A DNA stretch of 64,000 nucleotides from Lachnospiraceae bacterium (lineage in GTDB: Bacteria > Bacillota > Clostridia > Lachnospirales > Lachnospiraceae). The notes below the pieces were generated by a model. It was not told the DNA's origin and searched no databases. It saw nothing but the letters and a program-made list of their open reading frames with translations. Position numbers and translations under genes: made by a program. The stretch is from assembly GCA_034086685.1 (NCBI GenBank), contig JAXDZY010000028.1:2057-66056 (forward strand), written 5' to 3'. Below are positions 1-9,368 of this stretch, piece by piece (the stretch's first letter is position 1; each line of letters opens with the position of its first letter).

Positions 1-1619
1 ACCTCATCCAGCCGCTCCTGCAGACCTTCAATTTCCTCTCTGCAGATTGCTGCACTGTACTCATCTCCTGTTTTTTCATACAGTTCCACACCTGTAGTCA
101 ACATGGCAAAGTAATCCTCGTATATGCTCAGATCATAAGGAGAAAGCTCCAGAGCTTTCCGTTTTGCTTCCAGCACACCGGCAAAATCTCCCCGTGAATA
201 TGAAGCCTTCGCTTTTGCATCCCATGCCGGTGCAATGCGGTCATTGCGCTTTAGAAGATCCTCTGCAATGTTTTCCAGTTCCTCCACATCTGATGTCATG
301 GACAACAACCTGATCTCGGCAAATGAATTATACGGATAGATCTTCAGAGCCAGCTTCTGCTTTCCTGTATAATAAACCAGATTTCCAGCTCCGATATAAA
401 CACCCGCCAGTATAAACAGCGATACGAATGGTAAAGTCGCACCCAACAGAATTTTTTTTCTCTCCGATTCCAGATTCCACGTCAGTATCATGATGAAAAA
501 CATGACCACATACTGCAGATCAAAATCAAAGAGAGAATGAAGTCCGAGAAATATCAGAACCAGTTTCTGGGTCCGGTACTGTTCTCCGGAAAAAAGTGCT
601 TTTCCCAGCGCTGCCAGAACACATAAGGCCGGAATCCAGCCCACATCCAGAAGAATCTGCAGCAGATCATTATGCACAAACATAACTGAATAGACGCCCG
701 TCTGAAATGAACTCTGGGTCAGATAGTAGCCCATATACCCAAGGCCAAAAGGATGTACTGCAATCTGTCCCAGTGCGTCCCTGAAGTACAGCAGTCTTCC
801 CCAGAATGTACTGAAAAAAGCAGTGTATGAAGTGAAGTATTCGGTCACTCCCATATAATATGCTGCCGCCGCAGCCAGTATCAGTATCAATATCAGTACC
901 GGTACAGCAATAAACAGCAGAATCCCTGTCTTTTTCCGACCCGTTTTTTCCTCTGCTTTTCCCTTAATTGGAGCAGAGATCACGCAGCCTGCTGCAAGCA
1001 CCGGCACTGCGGCTGCTGTCAGTACAAGAACCGTACGACTTCCCGATGTCAGGATCCCGTTGGCCAGAAAAACTGTCAGTACCGTTTTCTGTAAAGCTGT
1101 ATACTGCAGATCTCCCGCATACAGCACGATCAGCCCGATCAGAAGATACATGGCAAATGTATTGGGATACTGGAAAAAGCCTCCCAGCCGCCCGCTGACC
1201 TGCACATATTTCCTGAACACCGGTATCATGGAAATCATCAGCGATCCCACCGTCATGACAGCCCCCGTAAAGGGAATCTGCCAAAACAGCTGCAGACGCT
1301 CTTCTTTTTTCAGCTGAAACATCACCAGCAGAAAAAGGAAAAGCGGCAGGAACTTGAAGAATCCCCACAAAGCCAGACCCCTGTCAACCGCATAACCGAC
1401 GCTGATACCGTAAAAAAGAACCAGTACCAGTACCGCAGCGGATGCATCATTCAGCCGAAAATATAAATGTCCCGTACTGCGCTTTATATACACCAGCACC
1501 AGAAACAGAACCACTGAAGCAGCACATGACTGATACTCGAAGTACAATCCTGTAAAAAACGGAAATACAATCAGCAGCAGCATACATATACTCTGCAGTT
1601 TATTCATTCTGGGTTTCAT
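1..1619 (-). CDS. O-antigen ligase/polymerase-like (Wzy_C-type) polytopic membrane protein with TPR-like C-terminal tail; 3' end runs off the window
   Basis: Own minus-strand translation is open from ATG 1619 (alternatives 1607/1583) to position 1. It is absent from the ORF track because it has no stop in the window. Many hydrophobic segments. Motifs LTSGSRTVLVLTAAA and FVHNDLLQILLDVGWIPAL are typical of the O-antigen ligase family. The tail (DAKAKASYSRGDFAGVLEAKRKALELSPYD) looks TPR-like. The start overlaps the rmlC stop. Confidence 0.6.
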   Translation of the reverse strand, partial: MKPRMNKLQSICMLLLIVFPFFTGLYFEYQSCAASVVLFLVLVYIKRSTGHLYFRLNDASAAVLVLVLFYGISVGYAVDRGLALWGFFKFLPLFLFLLVMFQLKKEERLQLFWQIPFTGAVMTVGSLMISMIPVFRKYVQVSGRLGGFFQYPNTFAMYLLIGLIVLYAGDLQYTALQKTVLTVFLANGILTSGSRTVLVLTAAAVPVLAAGCVISAPIKGKAEEKTGRKKTGILLFIAVPVLILILILAAAAAYYMGVTEYFTSYTAFFSTFWGRLLYFRDALGQIAVHPFGLGYMGYYLTQSSFQTGVYSVMFVHNDLLQILLDVGWIPALCVLAALGKALFSGEQYRTQKLVLIFLGLHSLFDFDLQYVVMFFIMILTWNLESERKKILLGATLPFVSLFILAGVYIGAGNLVYYTGKQKLALKIYPYNSFAEIRLLSMTSDVEELENIAEDLLKRNDRIAPAWDAKAKASYSRGDFAGVLEAKRKALELSPYDLSIYEDYFAMLTTGVELYEKTGDEYSAAICREEIEGLQERLDE

Positions 1620-2205
1620 AGCTCATATTCTCCATTTTCTGATCTTTATCACTTAAAATAAGCGGGGTTCCATCCGAGAGCGTATATCCTGCTGCACTGG
1701 CTGTTCCATTATAAACGCCCTTAATCCCCGGCCATTGTATTCCAATTGACGGATCATTCCATGCCAGCCCGCCTTCATCACCGGGATGATAGAAATCCGT
1801 GACTTTATAGCAGAACTCGGCTGTTGGAGACAATACCAGAAAACCATGCGCAAAACCTTCTGATATATAAAACTGTTTTTTATTTTCTTCCGTAAGTTCC
1901 ACCCCGTACCATTGTCCATAGGTTTCACTGCCCGAGCGGAGATCAACCGCCACATCAAATACCGATCCTTTGATTACACGCACCAGCTTGCCCTGCGGAT
2001 ACTGCTTTTGAAAATGCAGACCGCGAAGTACTCCTTTCACTGACATGGACTGGTTATCCTGAACAAATACCATGTCAAGACCGGCTTCATGCATGTCATT
2101 CTGATTGTATGTTTCAACAAAATAACCTCTGCTGTCACCATGAACAGTCGGTTCAATGATATAGAGTCCTTTGATCGGACATTCTGTAACTTTTATCTGC
2201 CCCAT
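1600..2205 (-). CDS. rmlC: dTDP-4-dehydrorhamnose 3,5-epimerase
   Basis: 201 aa. GLYIIEPTVHGDSRGYFVETYN and RGLHFQ...KLVRVIKGSVFDVAVDLR form the RmlC cupin signature. Lies in the rml cluster. Confidence 0.95.
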   Translation of the reverse strand: MGQIKVTECPIKGLYIIEPTVHGDSRGYFVETYNQNDMHEAGLDMVFVQDNQSMSVKGVLRGLHFQKQYPQGKLVRVIKGSVFDVAVDLRSGSETYGQWYGVELTEENKKQFYISEGFAHGFLVLSPTAEFCYKVTDFYHPGDEGGLAWNDPSIGIQWPGIKGVYNGTASAAGYTLSDGTPLILSDKDQKMENMSYETQNE

Positions 2206-3122
2206 TCTATTTCACCTGTTTCTTTCAAATATCTTTTCAATGCATCCTGCCAGACCGGAAGCGGTTCAAATCCTGCTTCTGCCAGTTTTGACTTATCCAG
2301 TCTGGAATTAAAAGGACGAACTGCTTTTGATAAGCCATACTCTTCTGTGGTAACCGGAACAATACCGGTTGTTATCCCCGCCTGTCTGAAAATCTCAGAT
2401 GCAAAATCATACCATGAGATAAAACCGCCTTCATTTGTAGCATGATAATAGCCATACTTTTCAGTTTCATTCATATCCACAATCAACCTTGCCAGATCAC
2501 ACGTATAAGTAGGAGTTCCTATCTGATCATTCACTACACGAACCATATCATGCGTTTTTCCGGCATTGAGAATCGTTTTCACAAAATTTCTGCCATTCAG
2601 TCCAAATACCCAAGCAGTCCGTATAATAAAATACTTTTTCAATATGCCGGAAACTGCCTGTTCTCCTTCCAGCTTCGTTCTTCCGTAAACATTAAGAGGA
2701 TTGAAGTTTTTGCAATCCGGCTTCCAGGCCTCTGTTCCTTTTCCGTCAAAAACATAATCTGTTGAAATATACGTCATCCTGCAATCCAGCAGCTTACACA
2801 CATCCGCAACATTTTTCGTTCCATCCACATTTATTTTTCTGACTGTTTCGGCTTTATCCTCTTCTTCAGCCATATCAACGGCTGTCCATGCAGCACAGTG
2901 GATTACTCCGTCCGGATTTACTTCTCTGATTATCCTGTCAACTGCTTTTTTATCTGTAATATCCATCGATACGTAAGGCGTGCCTGCTACTGACGATTCA
3001 CCGGCTATACCATTATATTCAGATGTAATATCTGTTCCGATTCCTTCATGTCCTCTTACGGCAAGTTCGTTCATTACGTCATGCCCCAATTGACCATTGA
3101 CTCCTGTCACTAAAAATCTCAT
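2193..3122 (-). CDS. rmlD: dTDP-4-dehydrorhamnose reductase
   Basis: 309 aa. MRFLVTGVNGQLG Rossmann start and YGRTKLEGE (YxxxK). The length and position next to rmlC are typical. Confidence 0.9.
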   Translation of the reverse strand: MRFLVTGVNGQLGHDVMNELAVRGHEGIGTDITSEYNGIAGESSVAGTPYVSMDITDKKAVDRIIREVNPDGVIHCAAWTAVDMAEEEDKAETVRKINVDGTKNVADVCKLLDCRMTYISTDYVFDGKGTEAWKPDCKNFNPLNVYGRTKLEGEQAVSGILKKYFIIRTAWVFGLNGRNFVKTILNAGKTHDMVRVVNDQIGTPTYTCDLARLIVDMNETEKYGYYHATNEGGFISWYDFASEIFRQAGITTGIVPVTTEEYGLSKAVRPFNSRLDKSKLAEAGFEPLPVWQDALKRYLKETGEIEWGR

Positions 3123-3967
3123 ACTACTTCCTTTTCCAATAACCTGCCGGCCAGTATTTTACGTATTTTACTATCATTTCCCCAGACTGCTTTTGAATCA
3201 TAGGGTCTGTCAGGAAAAGCACCATATTCAAGTTTAATATCGTATTTGTTTTCTGCGATAAATCTTTCCACACGGTCTGCAAGTCTTTCAGGACGTCCGG
3301 AACATATGTTAATAATACCGTTGATTCTATCCTGTTCGATAGCCGCACTGACCTGCAGACAGAACTCTTCATAGCTGATAAAATCAAATTGATTTAATCC
3401 TAAAGTAAATGGAAATGTTTTTATCCCTTTTTCAGCAGCAGCTGTTATTTTGGAAAATATGGATGAACCGGATTTTGTATTTCCAACAATATAGTATCCT
3501 CTGAGCCACTGAAAATTCTTATCATTTTGTTTTGTCAGGATCTGTGCTGCTTCCCTGAGGGCATTTTTAGCTATTCCATAAAAACTTTCCGGGTGACAGG
3601 GAGTTGTTTCATCAATACTTCCCTCATAAAAACCGATTTCATGCATACTCCCCATAACAGCAATCGTCGTAATATCTGAAAGCGCCATGTTTTTAATAAA
3701 AGCAACATGTCCTGGAAGATCTTCAATATGAGCATCCGAATAATGTACAAATCCGTCCCTCCATGCCAGATGCAGTAAAACATCGGGTTTTCCAAAATAT
3801 TCATATGGATGATCCATTTCAAATAAATTGCATTCTTTTTTTTCTGCTCTGTCATCAACGTGCTGCACAGAAAAATCTGCTGCCACTACCTGATGACCAT
3901 GATCCAGTAATGTCTTAACGATACCCTGACCCAGATATCCGTTTGCTCCGGTGACTAATATTTTCAT
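3119..3967 (-). CDS. NAD-dependent epimerase/reductase (extended SDR), extra member of the rml block; possibly an alternative 4-keto-6-deoxyhexose reductase
   Basis: 282 aa. MKILVTGANGYLGQG glycine-rich loop and YGIAKNALRE (YxxxK). 4-nt overlap with rmlD. Contains an in-frame A8 tract. Confidence 0.75.
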   Translation of the reverse strand: MKILVTGANGYLGQGIVKTLLDHGHQVVAADFSVQHVDDRAEKKECNLFEMDHPYEYFGKPDVLLHLAWRDGFVHYSDAHIEDLPGHVAFIKNMALSDITTIAVMGSMHEIGFYEGSIDETTPCHPESFYGIAKNALREAAQILTKQNDKNFQWLRGYYIVGNTKSGSSIFSKITAAAEKGIKTFPFTLGLNQFDFISYEEFCLQVSAAIEQDRINGIINICSGRPERLADRVERFIAENKYDIKLEYGAFPDRPYDSKAVWGNDSKIRKILAGRLLEKEVV

Positions 3968-3970
3968 TCT

Positions 3971-4996
3971 CTATATACCCCTGTCTCCATACATTTTCTC
4001 ATAATAATTCTGATACTCACCGGATATAATCGTCTGCCACCATTCTCTATTATCCAGATACCACTGAATGGTTTTTATAATTCCATCTTCAAATTTTGTT
4101 TCCGGATACCATCCCAGCTCATCATGAATTTTTGTAGAATCAATTGCATAACGCATATCATGCCCTTTTCTATCGGTTACATATGTAATCAGACTCTCAG
4201 GCTTATTAAGATACTGACAGATCAGCCTGACAATATCAATGTTTTTCATTTCATTGTGACCGCCTACATTGTAAATTTCCCCTGCTTTTCCTTTATGAAT
4301 AATTAAATCAACAGCTTTACAATGATCTTCCACATATAACCAGTCACGAATATTCAAACCCTCACCATAAACAGGCAGATGCTTATTATTCAGGCAGTTT
4401 ACAATCATAAGAGGAATCAGTTTTTCCGGAAACTGATACGGTCCGTAATTATTGCTGCATCTTGATACAGATACCGGCAAACCGTAGGTCCTGTAATAAG
4501 CAAGTGCCAGAAGATCAGCAGAAGCTTTACTGCTGGAATAGGGGCTTGAGGTATGAATCGGGGTGTTTTCCGTAAAAAACAGATCCGGTCTGTCCAGTGG
4601 AAGATCACCATATACTTCATCCGTAGAAACCTGATGATATCTCTCAATACCATATCTGCGGCAGGCATCCATTAACACTTCTGTTCCGATAATATTGGTT
4701 TCCAGAAAAATCTCAGGATTTTCAATACTCCTGTCAACATGACTTTCCGCTGCAAAATTAACAACCATATCAGGCTTTTCATTCTCAAAAAGCTGATACA
4801 CCGCATCTCTGTCACATATGTCAGCTTTTACGAATTTAAAATTCACATGATCCATTACAGGTGCCAGAGTGCTCAGATTCCCTGCATATGTCAGTTTATC
4901 CAGACAGATAATCCTGTAATCCGGGTATTTTTTCAACATGTAAAATATAAAATTGGAACCAATAAATCCCGCTCCTCCAGTTATGACAATAACCAT
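3971..4996 (-). CDS. rmlB: dTDP-glucose 4,6-dehydratase
   Basis: 341 aa. VITGGAGFIGSNF, AAESHVDRS and YSSSKASADLL are classic RmlB motifs. Confidence 0.95.
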   Translation of the reverse strand: MVIVITGGAGFIGSNFIFYMLKKYPDYRIICLDKLTYAGNLSTLAPVMDHVNFKFVKADICDRDAVYQLFENEKPDMVVNFAAESHVDRSIENPEIFLETNIIGTEVLMDACRRYGIERYHQVSTDEVYGDLPLDRPDLFFTENTPIHTSSPYSSSKASADLLALAYYRTYGLPVSVSRCSNNYGPYQFPEKLIPLMIVNCLNNKHLPVYGEGLNIRDWLYVEDHCKAVDLIIHKGKAGEIYNVGGHNEMKNIDIVRLICQYLNKPESLITYVTDRKGHDMRYAIDSTKIHDELGWYPETKFEDGIIKTIQWYLDNREWWQTIISGEYQNYYEKMYGDRGI

Positions 4997-5013
4997 TTAT
5001 ATCATTCCTCTCA

Positions 5014-5910
5014 TTAATGCATTACATCTATGTATTTGCCATCAACAACATCTTTTAAATACTGTCCATATTGGCTTTTTTTCAGAATTTCATATATTTC
5101 AAGAACGTCCTCTTTTGTAATCCATCCGTTCAGATAAGCAATTTCTTCAAGACAAGCGATTTTCCGATGCTGATGAGTTTCTATTGTTTTTACAAAATTT
5201 GTAGCATCCACCAGGCTTTCATGTGTCCCGGTATCAAGCCAAGTAAAACCCTGCCCCAGCAATTCCACATGGAGCGTTCCGTCTTCCAGATAAATCTGAT
5301 TAATATCTGTAATTTCCAGTTCTCCTCTTGCTGACGGTTTCAGATTCTTCGCATACTCAACAACACGATTATCATAAAAATACAAACCTGTTACACAATA
5401 ATTGCTTTTAGGTTTCGCCGGCTTTTCTTCAATACTGACTGCTTTTCCGTTTTTATCAAATTCCACGATTCCAAAACGCTCCGGATCATCAACATAATAT
5501 CCAAACACAGTAGCACCTTTACCATTTTCAGCATTGAGCACGGCTGTCTTCAGCCTCTCTTTCAGACCATGCCCGGCAAAAATATTATCGCCAAGTACCA
5601 TTGCAACAGCATCATCTCCGATAAAATCTTCACCAATAATAAATGCCTGAGCAAGACCGTCCGGACTGGGCTGAACCGTATACTGCAGATTTATCCCAAA
5701 CTGGTGTCCATCTCCCAGAAGTGTCTGAAAACGGGGCGTATCCGCAGGAGTAGAAATGATCAGAATATCCCTGATTTCTGCATTCATCAATACCGAAAGC
5801 GGATAATAAATCATTGGCTTATCATAGATCGGCAACAGCTGCTTGCTCGTTACCATGGTTAATGGATACAGCCTTGTTCCGGATCCCCCGGCTAAAATAA
5901 TACCTTTCAT
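5014..5910 (-). CDS. rmlA: glucose-1-phosphate thymidylyltransferase
   Basis: 298 aa. [35 protein letters not shown] is the RmlA signature. Confidence 0.95.
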   Translation of the reverse strand: MKGIILAGGSGTRLYPLTMVTSKQLLPIYDKPMIYYPLSVLMNAEIRDILIISTPADTPRFQTLLGDGHQFGINLQYTVQPSPDGLAQAFIIGEDFIGDDAVAMVLGDNIFAGHGLKERLKTAVLNAENGKGATVFGYYVDDPERFGIVEFDKNGKAVSIEEKPAKPKSNYCVTGLYFYDNRVVEYAKNLKPSARGELEITDINQIYLEDGTLHVELLGQGFTWLDTGTHESLVDATNFVKTIETHQHRKIACLEEIAYLNGWITKEDVLEIYEILKKSQYGQYLKDVVDGKYIDVMH

Positions 5911-5919
5911 TTAACTTCC

Positions 5920-6960
5920 TCACTTTCCTGTCTGATACACAGGAAGTTTCTTCCCAAATAATACAAGTGACAATATCCTGCTTTTCTTTAAAATCCATAT
6001 GACTGCAAAAGAAATCAGGATAACAATAACAAAATACACAATTGCAAAACCAAATCCGTCAACAATTGTTACACTATATCCGGAAGTATCAAGTAATCTT
6101 ACAACAAAATAATGAACAACGTACAATTCCAGTGATTGAGTACCTACCCACTGAAAAAAAGCTGCTGCAATGTTATCTTTCAGATCTATTCGGTCAATAA
6201 TCTCCAGAGCGATCCAGCATGCCGAAATCGAAATCATTGCTCTTATTACAATGTTCAAAGGACTGTCAGGCATCCTGATTATATTAAAATGTGCGATCAA
6301 TACCGCATACAGAATAATATTCAGTGCAAATACAATTTCTCTGATCCTTGCGGAATTATCCCACAGTCCGGAATTTCTGTATTTTCCGGCAAAAATACCA
6401 AACCAGAAAAATATGGAATAATAAAGAGTATATTTGATTGCCATGAATGTTATCCCCTGCCATAAACCGATAAAAAGCAGAACCAGACAGCCGACTCCAT
6501 AAAAAATCAGATTAACCAGTATGTTTCTTTTAACTTTGTAAAATATTTTCCCGGATAAAAACCTGCTGACACTGTAAATCATTTCTATTGACCACAGGGA
6601 AAACAGAAACCAGAAAGCCACCTCCATCTTATAAGCAGCATATCTTATATAACTGAAAACAGGATCACGGCATAATAATAGATACGCAATTACTGACCAG
6701 CTAAGCCATGGAAGCAAAAGAGTCAGCATCCTTTTTCTGATATATTCTGCAAGTTCATTAATTGTTGATAAAGACCCTGAAAACACATGGACATATCCTG
6801 AAATCATCATGAACAAAGGCATCTGAACACTGAATATAATATTGAATATAATATTGTTTTCTGCACCGTCAAACTGCTGCAATGTATGACCGGCCACCAC
6901 AATTACTGCTGCAAAACCGCGCAGAATATCTATTTTAGGATCTCTTTTTTTCATCTGCAA
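5920..6960 (-). CDS. acyltransferase family 3 membrane protein (probable glycan O-acetyltransferase)
   Basis: 346 aa with about 10 hydrophobic helices. The N-terminal DILRGFAAVIVVAGH motif is typical of Acyl_transf_3. Confidence 0.8.
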   Translation of the reverse strand: MQMKKRDPKIDILRGFAAVIVVAGHTLQQFDGAENNIIFNIIFSVQMPLFMMISGYVHVFSGSLSTINELAEYIRKRMLTLLLPWLSWSVIAYLLLCRDPVFSYIRYAAYKMEVAFWFLFSLWSIEMIYSVSRFLSGKIFYKVKRNILVNLIFYGVGCLVLLFIGLWQGITFMAIKYTLYYSIFFWFGIFAGKYRNSGLWDNSARIREIVFALNIILYAVLIAHFNIIRMPDSPLNIVIRAMISISACWIALEIIDRIDLKDNIAAAFFQWVGTQSLELYVVHYFVVRLLDTSGYSVTIVDGFGFAIVYFVIVILISFAVIWILKKSRILSLVLFGKKLPVYQTGK

Positions 6961-6975
6961 ATCCTCATTTTCCCG

Positions 6976-8463
6976 TTATTTTTTTATTTTCTTTAGCACA
7001 TAAACGATTTTTTCTTTATAGAAAAGACAATTTATACCAATCACAACAGCTCCGGACACAACAGTTGTTTTTATTGCCATAACAATCCATTCCGCATACG
7101 AAATACCATTCATATGGATCCAGCGTGTACATATAACCACAGCTATCACAGTAATAGCATCTGCTGAAAGCTGCCGGAAAAAAGTCCCCATTGAACTTTT
7201 CATAATACATCTGAAATCATATACTGCCATCCATATGGTCTGATATGACATTGCGGCCAGTGTACCAATTGCCACGCCTGTCAGTCCCCAAATATTTACA
7301 GCTATAATAGAAATAACAATATTTAATACAGCTGAAATAATATAATTATTCTGTGTCTGCTTATAATGACCGGCGGCTAAAATCATAATATTATACGGCA
7401 GCCGCAAGCTATGTGCAGCCTGAGCCATGGTAATCAGTACAGCAAACAGGGGCTGATAATAGTCTGCATCCGCAACACCGTTTGTATAAACCTGAACGAA
7501 TGGTAATATCAGTATTCCTGTACATCCGAATACAAAAACCGTTCCTGTATGGATCGCCCATTCTGTGAGAGAAAATATCTTTTTCAGTTCATCAAGCTCC
7601 TGTTTCGCCCACAATTCTCCCAGCAGTGACTGTACTCCCCGGGTCATGGATGTAAACAGCTGCTTGATTCCATATATTACCAAATGATATACCGAGTAAA
7701 TTGACACATCCGAAAGTGTTGAAAAAACCGTCAGAATAATCGAATCCGTTCCATCCAGCACTACTGCCGATACATGCTGGGCCACTCCATTCCATTTCTG
7801 TTTGATGGGTTCACCGGTATATTGTATTTTTCTATCTATCCTGTAGTTTTTATTAACATATATCCTGATTGCCGCAGGACGGGCCAGATAAATTACCGAT
7901 GTGGTTAATTTAACCAAATGGATAGACGCTCCGAGACATATCAAAACAGCACATGTTATTGTATTCAAAATCAGTGTAATCGTCTGTGCATTATACTGAA
8001 TATATCCTTTCTGGTCAGCTGTTAAAAGCAGTCTGTCAACAACACCGAAATAATATTGAGCAAATGAACTGATTGACATTGCTGCAATGAGTCCTGCCGT
8101 ATAAGACCACCCGAAATTCTGATTGGCCAGATACGGATATACAATAACAAGTACAACAATATAAACAGCCAGTATCCGGGCAAGACGGTTAAAAAACTTA
8201 TCTGCAGAAGCGATAATTTCACTTATGGAAGTATTGTCTTTTTCGGCCAGCGGTTTATAAAGTGACGATTGGACAACCGCTCCGACACCCAGTTCCAGAA
8301 AAGCAATGATCTGGAGGAACTGCGTAATTGAGTTAACAAGTCCATTAACCTCCGAACCAAAATAGTTTAAAATAAGCTTCGGCAATATAAACCCGCATAT
8401 AATTGTAGTAACCTGAAAAACCAAAGATGAAATTGTATTCCGGGCCAGTCTTTTACCTCTCAT
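6976..8463 (-). CDS. wzx: Wzx-type polysaccharide flippase (MOP superfamily)
   Basis: 495 aa with 12-14 predicted TM segments. N-terminus ARNTISSLVFQVTTIICGFILPKLIL is typical of polysaccharide biosynthesis (PST) flippases. Polysaccharide-locus context. Confidence 0.8.
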   Translation of the reverse strand: MRGKRLARNTISSLVFQVTTIICGFILPKLILNYFGSEVNGLVNSITQFLQIIAFLELGVGAVVQSSLYKPLAEKDNTSISEIIASADKFFNRLARILAVYIVVLVIVYPYLANQNFGWSYTAGLIAAMSISSFAQYYFGVVDRLLLTADQKGYIQYNAQTITLILNTITCAVLICLGASIHLVKLTTSVIYLARPAAIRIYVNKNYRIDRKIQYTGEPIKQKWNGVAQHVSAVVLDGTDSIILTVFSTLSDVSIYSVYHLVIYGIKQLFTSMTRGVQSLLGELWAKQELDELKKIFSLTEWAIHTGTVFVFGCTGILILPFVQVYTNGVADADYYQPLFAVLITMAQAAHSLRLPYNIMILAAGHYKQTQNNYIISAVLNIVISIIAVNIWGLTGVAIGTLAAMSYQTIWMAVYDFRCIMKSSMGTFFRQLSADAITVIAVVICTRWIHMNGISYAEWIVMAIKTTVVSGAVVIGINCLFYKEKIVYVLKKIKK

Positions 8464-8472
8464 ATCCTCCCT

Positions 8473-9354
8473 CTATCTGTCAACCATTAAACTGTCAATA
8501 GACAACATGTTTCCTGTTTTTGTATTCCATTCCTCCGGATAAAAACTTCCGAATCCATCCGCCGGATAAAAAGTAAATTCTCCAAAATACAGCTTCCCCT
8601 GAACCTCGTAGAAATCCATTCGTAAAAACGGAATGTTCTTTGAAAAAAATGCCGCCAGCTTTTTCATTTTCTGAAAATTAGCCGGTTTCTGAATAACCGA
8701 GCTGCTGTGCGGTTTATGAGGAAAACCCAAACCTGTAAACTCCTGATGAACCCAGTTCATATCAAAAAAATCAATAGTTTCATTGGAGCTTCTATCCACA
8801 ATAACCTGACAGAACTCCGGTTTGCCATTAAAACAGAATATTTTATAATCCTTTAAGTCTCTGTTATTCAGATCTTCCAGATAAGCCTCTGCAATGATCC
8901 GGGGTTTTACATTTTTATATGGCCATTCTCTTCCAATCCAATAGAAATTGCGGGATAAGCTTTTATTGATTTTCTTTTTTCCAGCTTCCATATCAAAGCT
9001 TTCTTTATTTCTGCAAATTACCACTCCGCCGCTATCATGTGTGCACTTAAGAACAAATCGATCCGGCAAACTGTCAAAATCTATTTCATCAAAATGATCC
9101 CATACACCAAGTGTGGGGATAACATATTCCGAACCGGCCTTTTCAGCAACAAATTTCTTGGCTTCATATTTATCAACCATTTGTGTATAAAGAGGCTTTC
9201 TGTCATACAGCTTGAGCCATTGAATTTTTTCATTAAATGTAACCGGATTCTGCAGATCAGGTTTTCTGCCGAATCTGCTTCTGTATCTCATTATGAGATA
9301 GAGCTTATCCGGAACTATTTTAAGTATTTTATTTTTAATTTCTGCAAAAGTCAT
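8473..9354 (-). CDS. TupA-like ATP-grasp protein
   Basis: 293 aa. KYEAKKFVAEKAGSEYVIPTLGVWDHFDEIDFDSLPDRFVLKCTHDSGGVVIC resembles the TupA-like ATP-grasp family seen in glycan loci. Recognised by eye, not searched. Confidence 0.6.
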   Translation of the reverse strand: MTFAEIKNKILKIVPDKLYLIMRYRSRFGRKPDLQNPVTFNEKIQWLKLYDRKPLYTQMVDKYEAKKFVAEKAGSEYVIPTLGVWDHFDEIDFDSLPDRFVLKCTHDSGGVVICRNKESFDMEAGKKKINKSLSRNFYWIGREWPYKNVKPRIIAEAYLEDLNNRDLKDYKIFCFNGKPEFCQVIVDRSSNETIDFFDMNWVHQEFTGLGFPHKPHSSSVIQKPANFQKMKKLAAFFSKNIPFLRMDFYEVQGKLYFGEFTFYPADGFGSFYPEEWNTKTGNMLSIDSLMVDR

Positions 9355-9368
9355 ACTTATCTCCCATA

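Noticed and set aside
964-1368. Track ORFs 964..1368(-), 968..1198(+) and 1060..1317(+)
   Set aside because: They lie inside, or in other frames of, the long open minus-strand frame 1..1619. That frame encodes a coherent polytopic Wzy_C-like protein.
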